From: Octopus sinensis | Lineage: Eukaryota | Assembly: GCF_006345805.1 (NCBI RefSeq) | Contig: NW_021834259.1 | Location: forward strand, 1-50,294 | Reading direction: 5' to 3' | Length of the DNA stretch: 50,294 nucleotides | Part shown: positions 28,477 to 42,016 of the stretch, piece by piece | Layout: every line of letters starts with the position of its first letter | How positions within the stretch are numbered: position 1 is the first letter of the stretch | The notes under the pieces: model-generated | The model's input: only the letters and a program-made list of their open reading frames with translations | Told to the model about the DNA's origin: nothing | Databases searched by the model: none | Position numbers and translations under genes: made by a program

Positions 28477-28931
28477 TATATATATATATATACATACTTA
28501 TTGCCTCTCTTCGCTCCCCTTCCTATGCATGTATTATTCTTCCAAGGTTCTTCTTAGTTATAACCAGAATGAAATTACTCTGACGAGAGTAGCATTATTT
28601 CTCTAGATCGTTCTATATTTCTCAACTGACCAATCATTAACGAACCTATAACGGCTACTGGAAACAGTTGTAAGTCAAACTTACTAAAATAAATGAATAT
28701 GTAATGACTATTATTTATGTCTTGTCTTATACATCACAGTGTAAAAAAAAAAAAATTAGTATAACTGGGAACACAACCATGCATTTACAATATATGATGG
28801 TGATGAACTACAACCTCGAACCCTACGACCAGAATACGCGGAGTTCTTTACTAATATAAACAATATTGTTAGACTGGTGTACTAACAGAGAACTTATAAA
28901 ACATTCTGTCTGGATTGATAATCCCACGTTT

Positions 28932-29039
<108 letters not shown>

Positions 29040-29336
29040 TGTGTGTGTGTGTCTATATATACAGACATGCATGCATACATACATATGCACACTTTGTATA
29101 CATCAGTCGCACTCCACGTCTACCAGGCATTTCCTATATCTGTAACCTATTCTCTACAATTGTCAGTCAAACTCTACATCTAGCAAGTTTACTCTATAAC
29201 TACCAGTTCGACACTGGTAAATTTAGAAAACCCCAAAATGGTTGTTCTAGCTGATAGAAAATGGAGCAAAATCTTACTCAAACCAAACCATGCCATATTA
29301 AAAGTGAAAAGGGCATATCAGAAAAGTATGTATGTA

Positions 29337-29602
29337 TTCCTTCTCGAGCCATGCCTGGCTCATAAGGGCCGGTTTCCCGGTTTCCTTGGCGTATAGATTC
29401 CCCATGTATTCTGCAAGATGAAAGAGTGAGAGAAAGTTGTGGCGAAAGAGTCAGCAGAAGTTCGTCATTACCTTCTGCCGGAGCCGTGTGGAGCTTAGGT
29501 GTTTCGCTCATAAACACACACACACATCACCCGGTTTGAGATTCGAACCCGCGATCCCTCGACCGCGAGTCCGATGCTCTAACCACTAGGCTATGTGCCT
29601 CC
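29337..29602 (-). mobile_element. SINE family C head with tail type 1
   Basis: Minus strand ggaggcacatagcctagtggttagagcatcggactcgcggtcgagggatcgcgggttcgaatctc...gaaaccgggaaaccggcccttatgagcc. Confidence 0.85.
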
Positions 29603-29689
29603 ATCAGAAAACTAGTTTCGGATACATTTAAAAACAATGTTTTTGTGTCTGGTTTGCAAGATTCTATATGTGAATTCATGTATTGAAGC

Positions 29690-30024
29690 AAATTTTGTTG
29701 TATCTGGCGAGAGTGATACTGCCTTAATGCCTTAATATGTAACACACTCACCGATTTAATTTCCACTCATTTATTATTTATGTTTTTTTTCCCGAAATTC
29801 TCGTTGCTTTTTCAACCTCGTCAGTGGATGTTGACTCACAACATCCATTGTGAATCAACATCCATCGGCAACATCCCTTGACAAACAACATACATTGACA
29901 AGGTTATAAAGGCAATGAAAATTTTGGAAAAAAATATGTAAATATTAAATGAGCGGAAACCGGTGAGTGTGTTACACATCAAGTCATTAAGGCAGTATTA
30001 CTCTCCCCAGACACAATAAAAACA
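29690..30024. mobile_element. Foldback/MITE-like element with long TIRs and a central hairpin
   Basis: gagagtgatactgccttaatgccttaatatgtaacacactcaccg (29709) is the inverted match of cggtgagtgtgttacacatcaagtcattaaggcagtattactctc (ends 30005); similarity extends ~15 bp further out. Confidence 0.8.
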
Positions 30025-30616
30025 ATGTATTGTAGATTTAACGCCGTTGATCATAAGCCTGCTTAATCAACATTGCCCTAAGGCAAAGAAGAATATATTA
30101 CACCACTGCATTTACCAGGCACGTTGCGCCTACAAGCAATCCTTACGTCTACCAGTTATACGGGTATGAAACATCTTGAACACAACCGTTTTGGCATCGC
30201 CTCTTTGACGTCGCTGATTCGACGCTGACTTATTTGACATAAGACTTTTTAATGTTTCTCTCATTCTGTGTTTCTCTTCATTATCTGTCTGTCTGTCTGT
30301 CTATCTGTCTCTCTTTCACTATTTTCTCCTCTCTTTCTCTCTCTTACACACACACACACACTATCTTTATGAGTACATCTCTGTGCGTGCATGATTATTT
30401 GCGTTTTACTTCCTGTGCCTAATAGTGTTGTCGCCAAAACAAGCTTTATTCCCAGTATCAGATGTCTGGCGTCCGAACTGCCGTACCCATTCGTCTCATT
30501 TCATAGTAATATATTGAATACACCAAACACTCATTGCTTGCACCAGACTTAATCAACATTGGCCAGACACATATCACGTTTCCCAAACACACACCATATG
30601 CATATATATATATATG

Positions 30617-30697
<81 letters not shown>

Positions 30698-30702
30698 CTC
30701 AT

Positions 30703-30738
<36 letters not shown>

Positions 30739-30744
<6 letters not shown>

Positions 30745-33256
30745 AGAATGAATGTTTTTATATATAATGAACGTGAAATACAGGAAGGGACGAACACGGA
30801 ACACAGACAAATCATTCGAAGCCTTCAATCTTCAGTCAGACACCGAATCATCATAGCAAATTTCGGCTGTTCAATTCTGATATTTGCTCCAACTCGGCCA
30901 GCCCCAAGAAAAAAACTAAGCTGTAAGCATTAGATTTCTTGGTAGAAGACAGGAATGTGAACGCACAAGACGGATGTGAATACAAGAGACGAAAACGAAA
31001 TTGAAAACAGTAATGAATAAACAAAACATATATAACGATGGTTGTCATACGACTTTAGACCAAATGAGACAAAAACACAACAACAACATAGCTGGCGTAG
31101 AAATAATTACCGTTTCGGTAGCGGGGACACATGTTGGTCGAGATACGAAGGCCAACAGAATGGTTTAAGAAGCAGCAGGTCGCAGGAGAGAGAGAAAAAG
31201 AGAGACAGAGAGAGAGGGAATCAAGAGGCTGGAAGGCAGGGGACAGAATCAGTGACCAAGAGAAAAGGAGAAAGAAGGGATTAAGGAGGATGGGAGGAAG
31301 AGGGGAGGAAGAGAGGGGAAGAATCGGAGGGCGCCAAAAAGTTTGGTGAAGAAGCAATGGCGGGTAGTAAAAGACAGTGTGTATAGAAGTCGTGCAGGGT
31401 TTAAAATTGGACAAACAAACGGGGGGGGTGCACGTAACGCCGCAATAATATAAGAATGAATGTTTTTATATATAATGAACGTGAAATACAGGAAGGGACG
31501 AACACGGAACACAGACAAATCATTCGAAGCCTTCAATCTTCAGTCAGACACCGAATCATCATAGCAATTTCGGCTGTTCAATTCTGATATTTGCTCCAAC
31601 TCGGCCAGCCCCAAGAAAAAAACTAAGCTGTAAGCATTAGATTTCTTGGTAGAAGACAGGAATGTGAACGCACAAGACGGATGTGAATACAAGAGACGAA
31701 AACGAAATTGAAAACAGTAATGAATAAACAAAACATATATAACGATGGTTGTCATACGACTTTAGACCAATGAGACAAAAACACAACAACAACATAGCTG
31801 GCGTAGAAATAATTACCGTTTCGGTAGCGGGGACACATGTTGGTCGAGATACGAAGGCCAACAGAATGGTTAAGAAGCAGCAGGTCGCAGGAGAGAGAGA
31901 AAAAGAGAGACAGAGAGAGAGGGAATCAAAGAGGCTGGAAGGCAGGGGACAGAATCAGTGACCAAGAGAAAAGGAGAAAGAAGGGATTAAGGAGGATGGG
32001 AGGAAGAGGGGAGGAAGAGAGGGGAAGAATCGGAGGGCGCCAAAAAGTTTGGTGAAGAAGCAATGGCGGGTAGTAAAAGACAGTGTGTATAGAAGTCGTG
32101 CAGGGTTTAAAATTGGACAAACAAACGGGGGGGGGTGCACGTAACGCCGCAATAATATAAGAATGAATGTTTTTATATATAATGAACGTGAAATACAGGA
32201 AGGGACGAACACGGAACACAGACAAATCATTCGAAGCCTTCAATCTTCAGTCAGACACCGAATCATCATAGCAAATTTCGGCTGTTCAATTCTGATATTT
32301 GCTCCAACTCGGCCAGCCCCAAGAAAAAAACTAAGCTGTAAGCATTAGATTTCTTGGTAGAAGACAGGAATGTGAACGCACAAGACGGATGTGAATACAA
32401 GAGACGAAAACGAAATTGAAAACAGTAATGAATAAACAAAACATATATAACGATGGTTGTCATACGACTTTAGACCAAATGAGACAAAAACACAACAACA
32501 ACATAGCTGGCGTAGAAATAATTACCGTTTCGGTAGCGGGGACACATGTTGGTCGAGATACGAAGGCCAACAGAATGGTTTAAGAAGCAGCAGGTCGCAG
32601 GAGAGAGAGAAAAAGAGAGACAGAGAGAGAGGGAATCAAAGAGGCTGGAAGGCAGGGGACAGAATCAGTGACCAAGAGAAAAGGAGAAAGAAGGGATTAA
32701 GGAGGATGGGAGGAAGAGGGGAGGAAGAGAGGGGAAGAATCGGAGGGCGCCAAAAAGTTTGGTGAAGAAGCAATGGCGGGTAGTAAAAGACAGTGTGTAT
32801 AGAAGTCGTGCAGGGTTTAAAATTGGACAAACAAACGGGGGGGTGCACGTAACGCCGCAATAATATAAGAATGAATGTTTTTATATATATGAACGTGAAA
32901 TACAGGAAGGGACGAACACGGAACACAGACAAATCATTCGAAGCCTTCAATCTTCAGTCAGACACCGAATCATCATAGCAAATTTCGGCTGTTCAATTCT
33001 GATATTTGCTCCAACTCGGCCAGCCCCAAGAAAAAAACTAAGCTGTAAGCATTAGATTTCTTGGTAGAAGACAGGAATGTGAACGCACAAGACGGATGTG
33101 AATACAAGAGACGAAAACGAAATTGAAAACAGTAATGAATAAACAAAACATATATAACGATGGTTGTCATACGACTTTAGACCAAATGAGACAAAAACAC
33201 AACAACAACATAGCTGGCGTAGAAATAATTACCGTTTCGGTAGCGGGGACACATGT

Positions 33257-33257
<1 letters not shown>
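30739..33257. repeat. Near-perfect tandem array of a ~707-bp unit, ~3.6 copies
   Basis: Marker ttcgaagccttcaatcttcag at 30815, 31523, 32230, 32937 (periods 708, 707, 707); both ends abut (TA)n. Confidence 0.97.
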
Positions 33258-33287
<30 letters not shown>

Positions 33288-34965
33288 AACACTCACTACA
33301 TATAGAAATTATACACTACATACACCGAAAACGCCCTACATCTATCAAGCACGCATTACATATACCCGACACTTATTACATATACAAGATTCTTACTACA
33401 TGCACCAGACACACATTGTATTGTCTAGATACAGCCTGTATCTACCAGGTAAAGATTTCATGTGTGAATCACAATATATATTTATTAGATTCATTCTATA
33501 TCTACTAGATTCACATCACATTTAGGCATTCATTAGATATACCTGGCTATCGTTACGTATACAGATAGCTAATAACAAATATATATTTCATCTACCAGGA
33601 ACACAGTACATCCATACGAAATATTATATCTACCAGACCACCTCTAAATCTACCAGGTGCACATCGCATCTATCATACGCACAGACACATATCAAACACT
33701 ATCCACATCTATTGGACACTCACTGTCTAAAAACTAGATGGTCTGATCAGCTACCAGGCGCACATTTTGTATACTAGAAACTTATCGCGTACACCAGACA
33801 TTTGTCATTTGTTAGAAATGCATTTGATATATATCAGGTATGCATTACATCAACTAATCATATCCCGAACCTACAAGCCACATTCTAGATATTGTTATAT
33901 ACTTACAACAAGTACCAGTCACGAACTACATTTTCCAGGTACACATAACATCTACCATTCTCAGTCAAAGTCAAGATCTACCAAGATCTCAGTCAAGATC
34001 TACCAAAATATTCTTCACCTACTAACGGCATTTTACATCAACCAAACAGTAAGGTAGATATTCTCGTTGCTTCGACGAATGAAGGTTCAGCGAGACACAG
34101 CTAAATTACTCTACGACCGCCAGTGTGCAGTGCCAAACCTGAAGCGTTGCAACAAACTCTTTTGCTGTCGCCAGTGGACTTGTGGATAATGTGTGATGGT
34201 GTTGGTGTCTTGGTTTGTTGAACAACCTACACGGCGAATATTATTACAGTGAGCATAATTTGTGCAGAGCCAGTTCCACTCATTCGTCCTTCTAACTTGT
34301 GATGCTCTACTGCAACAAATGCCACGAACCCAGTAGTTATTAGGATACAAGATTTGCATGGAGCTATCTTTGCTTAGATGAGAAGCTACAGAGCTGAAGG
34401 GTCCCATCTGTCCTGAGTCCGTTGGAATGTCTGTGAGTGACCTTCTTCTGGGGAGAGAAGGCCTTCTATACACACTACAATACAGTATAATATCTGTTAT
34501 ACACACACTACGACTGTAGAATGCCTGCTATATACACCCCAAGAGAGCAGCATGCTTCGTATACACATTACAACTCAATAGAATACTTGATAAACACACT
34601 ACAAGTGCTGTCATAGACATACTACGTCAACAACACACTCTACCACATAGTGTGAGATCTATACATTCTACAATATCAATTATAAACACGCTTCATATAA
34701 CATACGTAGACCACAGTATGGTTCCAAATTATACACACGTTACATCAACCACATAGACATACCACAATAGTTATTACACACATTTAATTAAATGTTGTTT
34801 TACTCAAAACATAGGAGACATCATCACACTACAACATATACTATATCACACTCTAACGCATATTCTGCAATATCTTACATACTACTTGAGAGACACAATG
34901 TCAACCGCAACATACAGCCGCCACTTCGCCCAACAGGAAAGTATATAATATATATCACTATCAGA

Positions 34966-35188
34966 GCGGCAACCCGGCAGAATCGTTTGCACACAGGGCA
35001 AAATGCTTAGCAGTATTTCGTCCGTCTTTACGTTCTGGGTTCAAATGCCGTCGGGATCGACTTTGCCTTTCATCCTTTCGGAGTGGATAAATTAAGTACC
35101 AGTTGAGCAATGGGGCGGCGGTCGATGTAATCGACATAAGACCTCCCCCCCCAAATTGCTGGCCTTATGCCAAAATTTTAAACCAATA
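34966..35188 (+). mobile_element. SINE family B
   Basis: Family B consensus motifs. Confidence 0.85.
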
Positions 35189-36487
35189 TTATCACTTTAC
35201 ACATTGCATTTTGCAACCTTATATACAATGTATCTGAAAAAGAAAAAAAACAAAAAATTGGATGGTCACGGCTGAAATACTTTTTGGTCGTAGATCTTCT
35301 TAATCAAAGCTCATTTGAGGCAAAACAACACCATCAGACAGAATAAAACATACTATGTCTGATGTTGCATGCACCACTGCATTATTAATATAAATCACAT
35401 CACAACATTCATCTCGCATAACATATATCACAGCACAATATAATACAATCACAGAATGATATGGATCATAAGCCATAGCATAACATAGTGTGCAGTACAC
35501 TATTATACACCACAGTATATATCATTCTATAATACAGTTTACAAATTGCCAAATATAACACACACCGCAATATATACGATGGTATATACAGTACAAGAAT
35601 ACTACAACTGACTTGTACAATTCACTATACAAGACACACTCGCAGAACGTAATACACCACACGTAGGCTCTGAATATTTTCCGAGCTTTTCTTTCTTCGT
35701 TGTGGTTCCACGAGAAAAGATCAGTGAAGAAATGCCAGTGACATGGTTTTGATTAGGATGGATCTCGACTGGCTAGCAAGCGGTTCACACACTGTGATCT
35801 CGAAGACAACCCTGGGAAACACCTGAAAAGCGAAATGCAGAATGAGGCGATAAAATTGCAACGGACTACCGTCAACCGTAATATTGTTCAAGCTGTTCCT
35901 TCTTAGCCAGGTCGTCTGGCATCGCACTCTTTCACCAGCTCAGCCGTTGAGATCATAGGTCATCATTCACTTGCACTGCCGGTAGACACTTCGGCTGCTC
36001 CTTTTCTTTATTCGAGGCATACGACTCTACATCCGCCCAGATCAGTGGGAACTGGTTCTCCTTATAAAGATTTTTAGCTAGGCCAATGTTGCTGCTAAAT
36101 CTTCCTTGAACCTGACTGATCACCGAGGAGTGCGAGGACCAGTGTCTGAAGAGAGGTTATATACTACGCGCCACTTAATGAAAGGTTATATCTCTACACA
36201 GCCTTTGAGCCTATACAAACTTTAGAAATATAGTACCATACCACACGACGTAAAACACCAAAGCACAATACTATTACTCACTGCACATCTGAATACATAT
36301 CACAAAACAAACTACAAACAGAATTTAACTCAAACCAACCACAAAACACAACCCTAATACGTGATATACCATCATACCCCAAGCAAAGCATGAACACACA
36401 TTATGCTACACAGCAAAAATTATTACTGTATAGTATATACAACACAACACGTACTTTATAGATGTCAATATACTTGCCTGTAAAAAA

Positions 36488-36705
36488 GACGGCGAGCTGG
36501 CAGAATCCTTACCGCGCCGGGAAAAACGCTTAGCTGTATTTCTTCCGATTTCATGTTCTGACTTCAAATGCCGCCAGGGTAGTCTTCGCCTTTCATCCTT
36601 TGGGGGTCGATAAAATAAGTACCAGTTGAACACTGGGGGGTCGATGTAATAGAATTATCCTCTCCTCGGGAATCATTGGCCTTGTACTAAAAATTTTAAA
36701 CCAAT
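36488..36705 (+). mobile_element. SINE family B
   Basis: Family B consensus motifs. Confidence 0.85.
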
Positions 36706-37540
36706 ATACTTACCTGCAAACATTCCAACAGATAATACATATCACAAACATGTACTGTGACAGCTGTTGTAGTATGTCTATCAGGTATTCTATTGTGTGT
36801 ATAAGAGACATTCTGCTGTCGTAGAGTGTGTATAACAAGCATTCTACAATATTGCAGTGTGTATAGAAGGCCCTCTGACTTCGGAGGAAGTTCATTAAAA
36901 AACTGACTTAATGCTATTATAGAGTGTTTGTGTGGTTCTTGCAATGCGCGCATAATTTGAAACCATACTATAATGTGTTATACGTATGTTATATGAAACG
37001 TATTAATAGTTGATACTGTAGAATGCAGAAATGTAATACTATGTAATACAGTGTGTTATTGCCATAGTATGTTTATGACGGCAGTTGTAGTACGATGGTA
37101 CTACAGCATGCATCAGAAAATACCCAGATTCCAAATCCCACGACACGGACTACGACAGTCCAAAAAATATAAAAGCGTATCACAACACACGCTATAACAT
37201 AGTCTTCAACAATATACGCTATAACACACACACTACTTCTCACACCGAAAGACGAAATATATATCCGCTGCAACAAACACACTCAGAACATAGCTCAAAT
37301 TATTCCACCAACACTCCAAAACACTCTAGCAAATACTACAAGAAACAACATACATCGAACAACAATTCACATCACAAGTCCCGTCACGCCTCGTCACAGC
37401 CGTTGCACATCAACAATCATTGAACAATCAGCAATACACACTGAAACACATACTACAGAATATACTACAGCACGCAATACAACATACTACAACCATCACC
37501 ACAAAACGTACAACAACACGCTCCACGACACACTCTACAT

Positions 37541-37834
37541 CAGTGGTTCTCAACCATTTTTTACTTATGGACCCCCTCTGATTCCTATTTTACTCAGATG
37601 GCTCCTCTTAGCCATTTGATGTTTAAAATAACCTATTACATTTTAATAATTAAATATTATTAGGAATTGTATAAAAATAATTATTAAAATATTTTGTGTA
37701 TTGTAGAAGTATAACCAGTTTATTGAAGATAAATTTTAGCAACAAAATCTTATACGGACGCCCAAGGGCAATATGGTCCCTTTAGTGCCATATTGACCTC
37801 TTAATGCTATATGAACCCTAGTTGAGAACCACTG
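37541..37834. mobile_element. hAT-type (Charlie-like) MITE
   Basis: TIR cagtggttctcaac ... gttgagaaccactg; 8-bp flanks ctctacat / atctgcat (6/8 identical). Confidence 0.85.
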
Positions 37835-38402
37835 ATCTGCATGAAGTACAACACATACCCCAACGCACACAACACACATAGCTCACATCACAATACGCTA
37901 CACGAGACACGATCCACAAAGAACCAAAGAGGAACGTCTTCAAGTGGATACTCGATTCGCAAGCAATAGCAACCAAATCTCTCTCAAATCGCATCCTACA
38001 GTCTTAAGCAAGGTAGGGTAGGACACACTGGATAATGTAATTTTAAAAATACGATTAGCTGGTCACGACTGAGATGCTTTTGGTCATAGGTTAACTTAAT
38101 CAAGGCAGAAATGATGAAGCTAAACAACATTACCAACAACTGGTCTCGGTTGGAACGCTGATCGTTGGACTTTTCGATCGGGTCTGACCTAGGACACACA
38201 CACACACACACACAAAAGCACACACACACACACAAGCATACACACAAATGCACACATACAAATGCACTTACAAACATGCAGACACTCAGACACAGCTGTG
38301 TATATATGCATACCTCTCTCTCTACACACACACATATATATGTGTATGTGTGTGTATTTGTGTGCATGTATTTATGTGTATATATGTATTGTGTGTGTGT
38401 GT

Positions 38403-38434
<32 letters not shown>

Positions 38435-39651
38435 TCATCGCTGCAACAAATTTATAGCTGAGTGTTCCCTCAACTGACACCGGATGTTAAATCATAACAT
38501 ATCTTTGAAATGAATAATCGGAAGGAATGACTATGAGGGATCTGCGTATCAAAGATTTAGTTAACGAGTATTGCAGCAATTCAACATCCGGTTTAAATAA
38601 GGGGGAAGAACTCACGTACCACAGGATAGATCAATTATTGAACGAACGCAGAATCATCACTGGAGATCTGAAACTGAGTCAGCAACTGATAAACCCACAA
38701 AGCTTAAACACATCACCTAAAGGTGTTTCGACAAAATCACTTAGTGAGGTAAAGTCTAAAACAGTCATGATCAACCTGCAGTCATGATCAACAATGGCGC
38801 TCTTAACAAAAAATTACTTTGAAATTTTTAGTAGTGCAGCCCGCCTGATGATAAGTGATGACTCACGTGGCCCGCTTCTCGGAAAAGGTTGCCCATGTTT
38901 GATCTTAAGTTTCCCTTTTCTGAACATAGGGTAATGTGACACTACTTCTCGGGAGATAAACCTCCTGGAACATAAAAATAACATTTCGATCACTAAAAAT
39001 CTTATTTATATTATAGGCACATTTAGCCGGAGTGGCTAGTCGTCTATATCAACATCAGTGCTTGACTGGTTCTTATTTTATCGACTTCGAATGGTTGAAG
39101 GGCTAAGTCGATCTCGGTGGTATTAGAACGTAAAGCTAGAAGAAATACCGCTAAGCATTTTACCTGAGGTGCTAACGTTTCCGATTCGCTCTATTTTGGC
39201 CTCTATTTATTCTATCGGTCTCCTATTTGCTGAACCGCTACGTTACGGGGACATAAGCAAATCAACGCCGGTTGTCAAGTGATGGTGGAGGACAAATACG
39301 GACGCATACACACACACACACACACATACATGCATACAAATGAAGGAATGACTATACATACATACATACATACATACATACATACATACATACCCGTCTG
39401 GAGCAAAGTATGGCTGAACTTGGGATCTTGGGGAGAGAATGCAAATCCTTAATTCGCTCTATTTCGGCCTCTCATAATACCAAACGATTCACACAAAGAA
39501 TAAAGATTTAAAATATATTTGAAAATTAAAAGATGTATCTATCACCCCAATTACCGGCCCCTTTGACCCCAGGAAAATTTTCTGCAACACTCCACAGAAG
39601 GCAGTAATGCCCTCTTCGAAATTGCTGTCCTTGTGCCAAAATTTGTTGACA

Positions 39652-40062
39652 GGTGCAGGAGTGGCTGTGTGGTAAGTAGCTTGCTTACGAACTACATGGT
39701 TCTGGTTTCAGTCCCACTGCGTGGCAACTTGGGCAAGTGTCTTCTACTATAGCCTCGGGCCGACCAAAGCCTTGTGATTGGATTTGGTAGGCGGAAACTG
39801 AAAGAAGCCCGTCGCATATATGTACATATATATATATGTATGTGTGTGTGTATATGTTTGTGTGTCTGTGTTTGTCCCCCCAACATCGCTTGACAACCGA
39901 TGCTGGTGTGTTTACGTCCCCGTAACTTAGCGTTTCGGCAAAAGTGACCGATAGAATAAGTACTAGGCTTACAAAGAATAAGTCCTGGTGTCGATTTGCT
40001 CGACTAAAAGGCGGTGCTCCAGCATGGCCACACTCAAATGACTGAAACAAGTAAAAGAGTAA
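39652..40062 (+). mobile_element. SINE family A, full length
   Basis: Family A consensus. Confidence 0.9.
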
Positions 40063-40802
40063 AATCGATTTTCAACCCTTATTGAAGTCTCAGCGTGATG
40101 TCTACATCACATGGCCGATCTCAGAGAAAGAAGTAGCCAATCCCTTTTGATGTTTGTATAAAACTAGAGCTACTAATTTGCAAACCATCAGTATTTAACA
40201 CGTTATCTATATATAAACACGAGACAGACCTCCATACGTTTCCCGTTGACCAAATTCACTCACAAAGTATTAATTGGACTGAGGCTATATCTCAAGCCAC
40301 TTGGCCAAAGTGCTGCGCAGTGGAACTGAACTGGGAACTACGAGGCTGCAAAACGAATTTCTTACCCACGCAATCATGCTTGCACTTGATTCGTTTTCAC
40401 TTATTTATTTATTTATTTATTTATTTTATTTTATTTATTTGAGATCAGCGCAGTATTTTATCGATGTAATAAAGAGAATGTGTGCGTTGCTATTTTTCCT
40501 TGAGCATTCATCAATATTGTGATTAACAGCCAATCAATGAATCAATCAGTGCAAGCTTTAGTTAATAATAGAAGCGCTGGCAACTTTATCGAAGCTGATT
40601 CTGCTAAACGGAATGATTTAGCCATTAAACAATTCAGAGCAAACTGGGTGAGAGCAAAAGCACACCTTGGTTCCCGTATTACGGAAATATGCGAAGCTGA
40701 CATCCGATATGGCCTTGTTTTTATCGTATTTTTATCTATTTATTTATTTTTTATTTATTTATTTACTTATCTATTTATTTATTTATGGTTAGGAGAAAAC
40801 GT

Positions 40803-41007
40803 GGTGAGCTGGCAGAATTCGTTAGCATGCCGAAAAGGATGCTTAGCGACATTTCTTCAGGTTTTACATTGTGAGATCAAACGCCTTCGAGGTCAGCTTC
40901 GCCCTTCGTCCATGGGAGTCGAATGAATGAGGTACTTAGTTGAGGACTGAGGTTGATGTAATTGACCTAGCCCCAGCCTTAAAATTGTTGACCTTGTGCC
41001 AAAATTT
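40803..41007 (+). mobile_element. SINE family B
   Basis: Family B consensus motifs. Confidence 0.8.
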
Positions 41008-41212
41008 GAAGCTACTTTCCTGCCAGGAAGAAAAGTAGGGCTTATGAACCCCGACAGACCTGTAGACACTTGTAGGGGGTGGGGAAGAAGATATCCTAAA
41101 ATCAGCGACTCAGCCCGAGTGATTACAACAGAAAGGATTCTGCTAAAGGCATCTAAGTTATCAAGTGGAGGTGTTAAACTGGGAGACGGATTAAATCAAA
41201 TACCCAGGTAGT

Positions 41213-41363
41213 CAGTGGCGTAGTTGGGGTGTATGCCGCTGGGTTTTGCCGCCCACCGCCCCGGGGCCCCAAGCCAATATAGGAAATTTAATAGTGCTAC
41301 CTCCATAAAGGCGTCGTTCAAAGCGGACCGTCACCTCCACCATCTTCACTAACTATGCCATTC
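41213..41363. mobile_element. Small degenerate TIR element (hAT-like)
   Basis: cagtggcgtagtt ... aactatgccattc (10/13 inverted match); flanks caggtagt / caggttga. Confidence 0.45.
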
Positions 41364-41613
41364 CAGGTTGATCATGGGGCAGGATTTGAACTCGCAACGC
41401 AAGGAGCGAGAACAAATGCCGCAGAACATCTAGCCCAACGATCATACATTTATACAAATTCATCGTCTTGGATTAGGTTTTCTTTTATTTTTTACCGATC
41501 CCAAAAGAACAAATGGCGTCTTTGATCTCAGTGGGGTTTGAGTGTCAGAACAAATTCTTTACGGCATTTTATCTGAGCCTCTAACGAGTCTGCCATTTCG
41601 CCGATATCCTTTT

Positions 41614-42016
41614 ATCTCTTACTAGCAGTATCGCCCGGCGTTGCTCGGGGTTTCTTTCGACCCTTTAGAATTAGGATTTTTGAAAAGTAAACATTTTGCA
41701 TTATGTAGCTTGTTATTCTCTTTAAGTGAACATTTTTCTGGTTGAAATACACCGAAAAATAGCGACACAGCAGTCAGAAAGTCGTAAAAAATAGAGATTT
41801 TCATAGAAAAAAAATCACCTTTTTGATGTAAATAATGTTTGGTTTTAACATGGTCCGATTTGAATTTTATCTGCTACGGAATGAAGAGCAAGCTTTCTTC
41901 TATCATGCTCTCAATTTTGGTCAACTTGCGCCGCAGGGTCTCGGAGGAGATAGTGTTAGTTGAAGGCTACCAAACCTGCCATACACAGACAACTTCAGCT
42001 TTATATTTAGAGAGAT
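41614..42016 (+). mobile_element. DINE-1/Helentron-associated non-autonomous element (probable)
   Basis: Starts atctcttactagcagtatcgcccggcgttgctcggg and ends acagacaacttcagctttatatttagagagat, with short inverted atctct/agagat ends between T runs. Confidence 0.5.

Larger units (their letters stand above)
34470..37920 (+). repeat. Degenerate C/A-rich low-complexity region (acactacaatac-like), interrupted
   Basis: Strong G depletion on + with recurrent cactac/caatac/acaca motifs; continuous in character with the 20-bp minisatellite. Confidence 0.55.

Noticed and set aside
30559-33508. Repeated ORFs in the 707-bp array (MSYDFRP..., MTTIVIY..., MKASNDL...)
   Set aside because: Frames differ between copies through homopolymer indels; low-complexity GA/CT translation with no domain.
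38761-38900. Possible hAT MITE (cagtcatgatcaacct ... aggttgcccatgtttg)
   Set aside because: Inverted match is weak and no TSD is visible.
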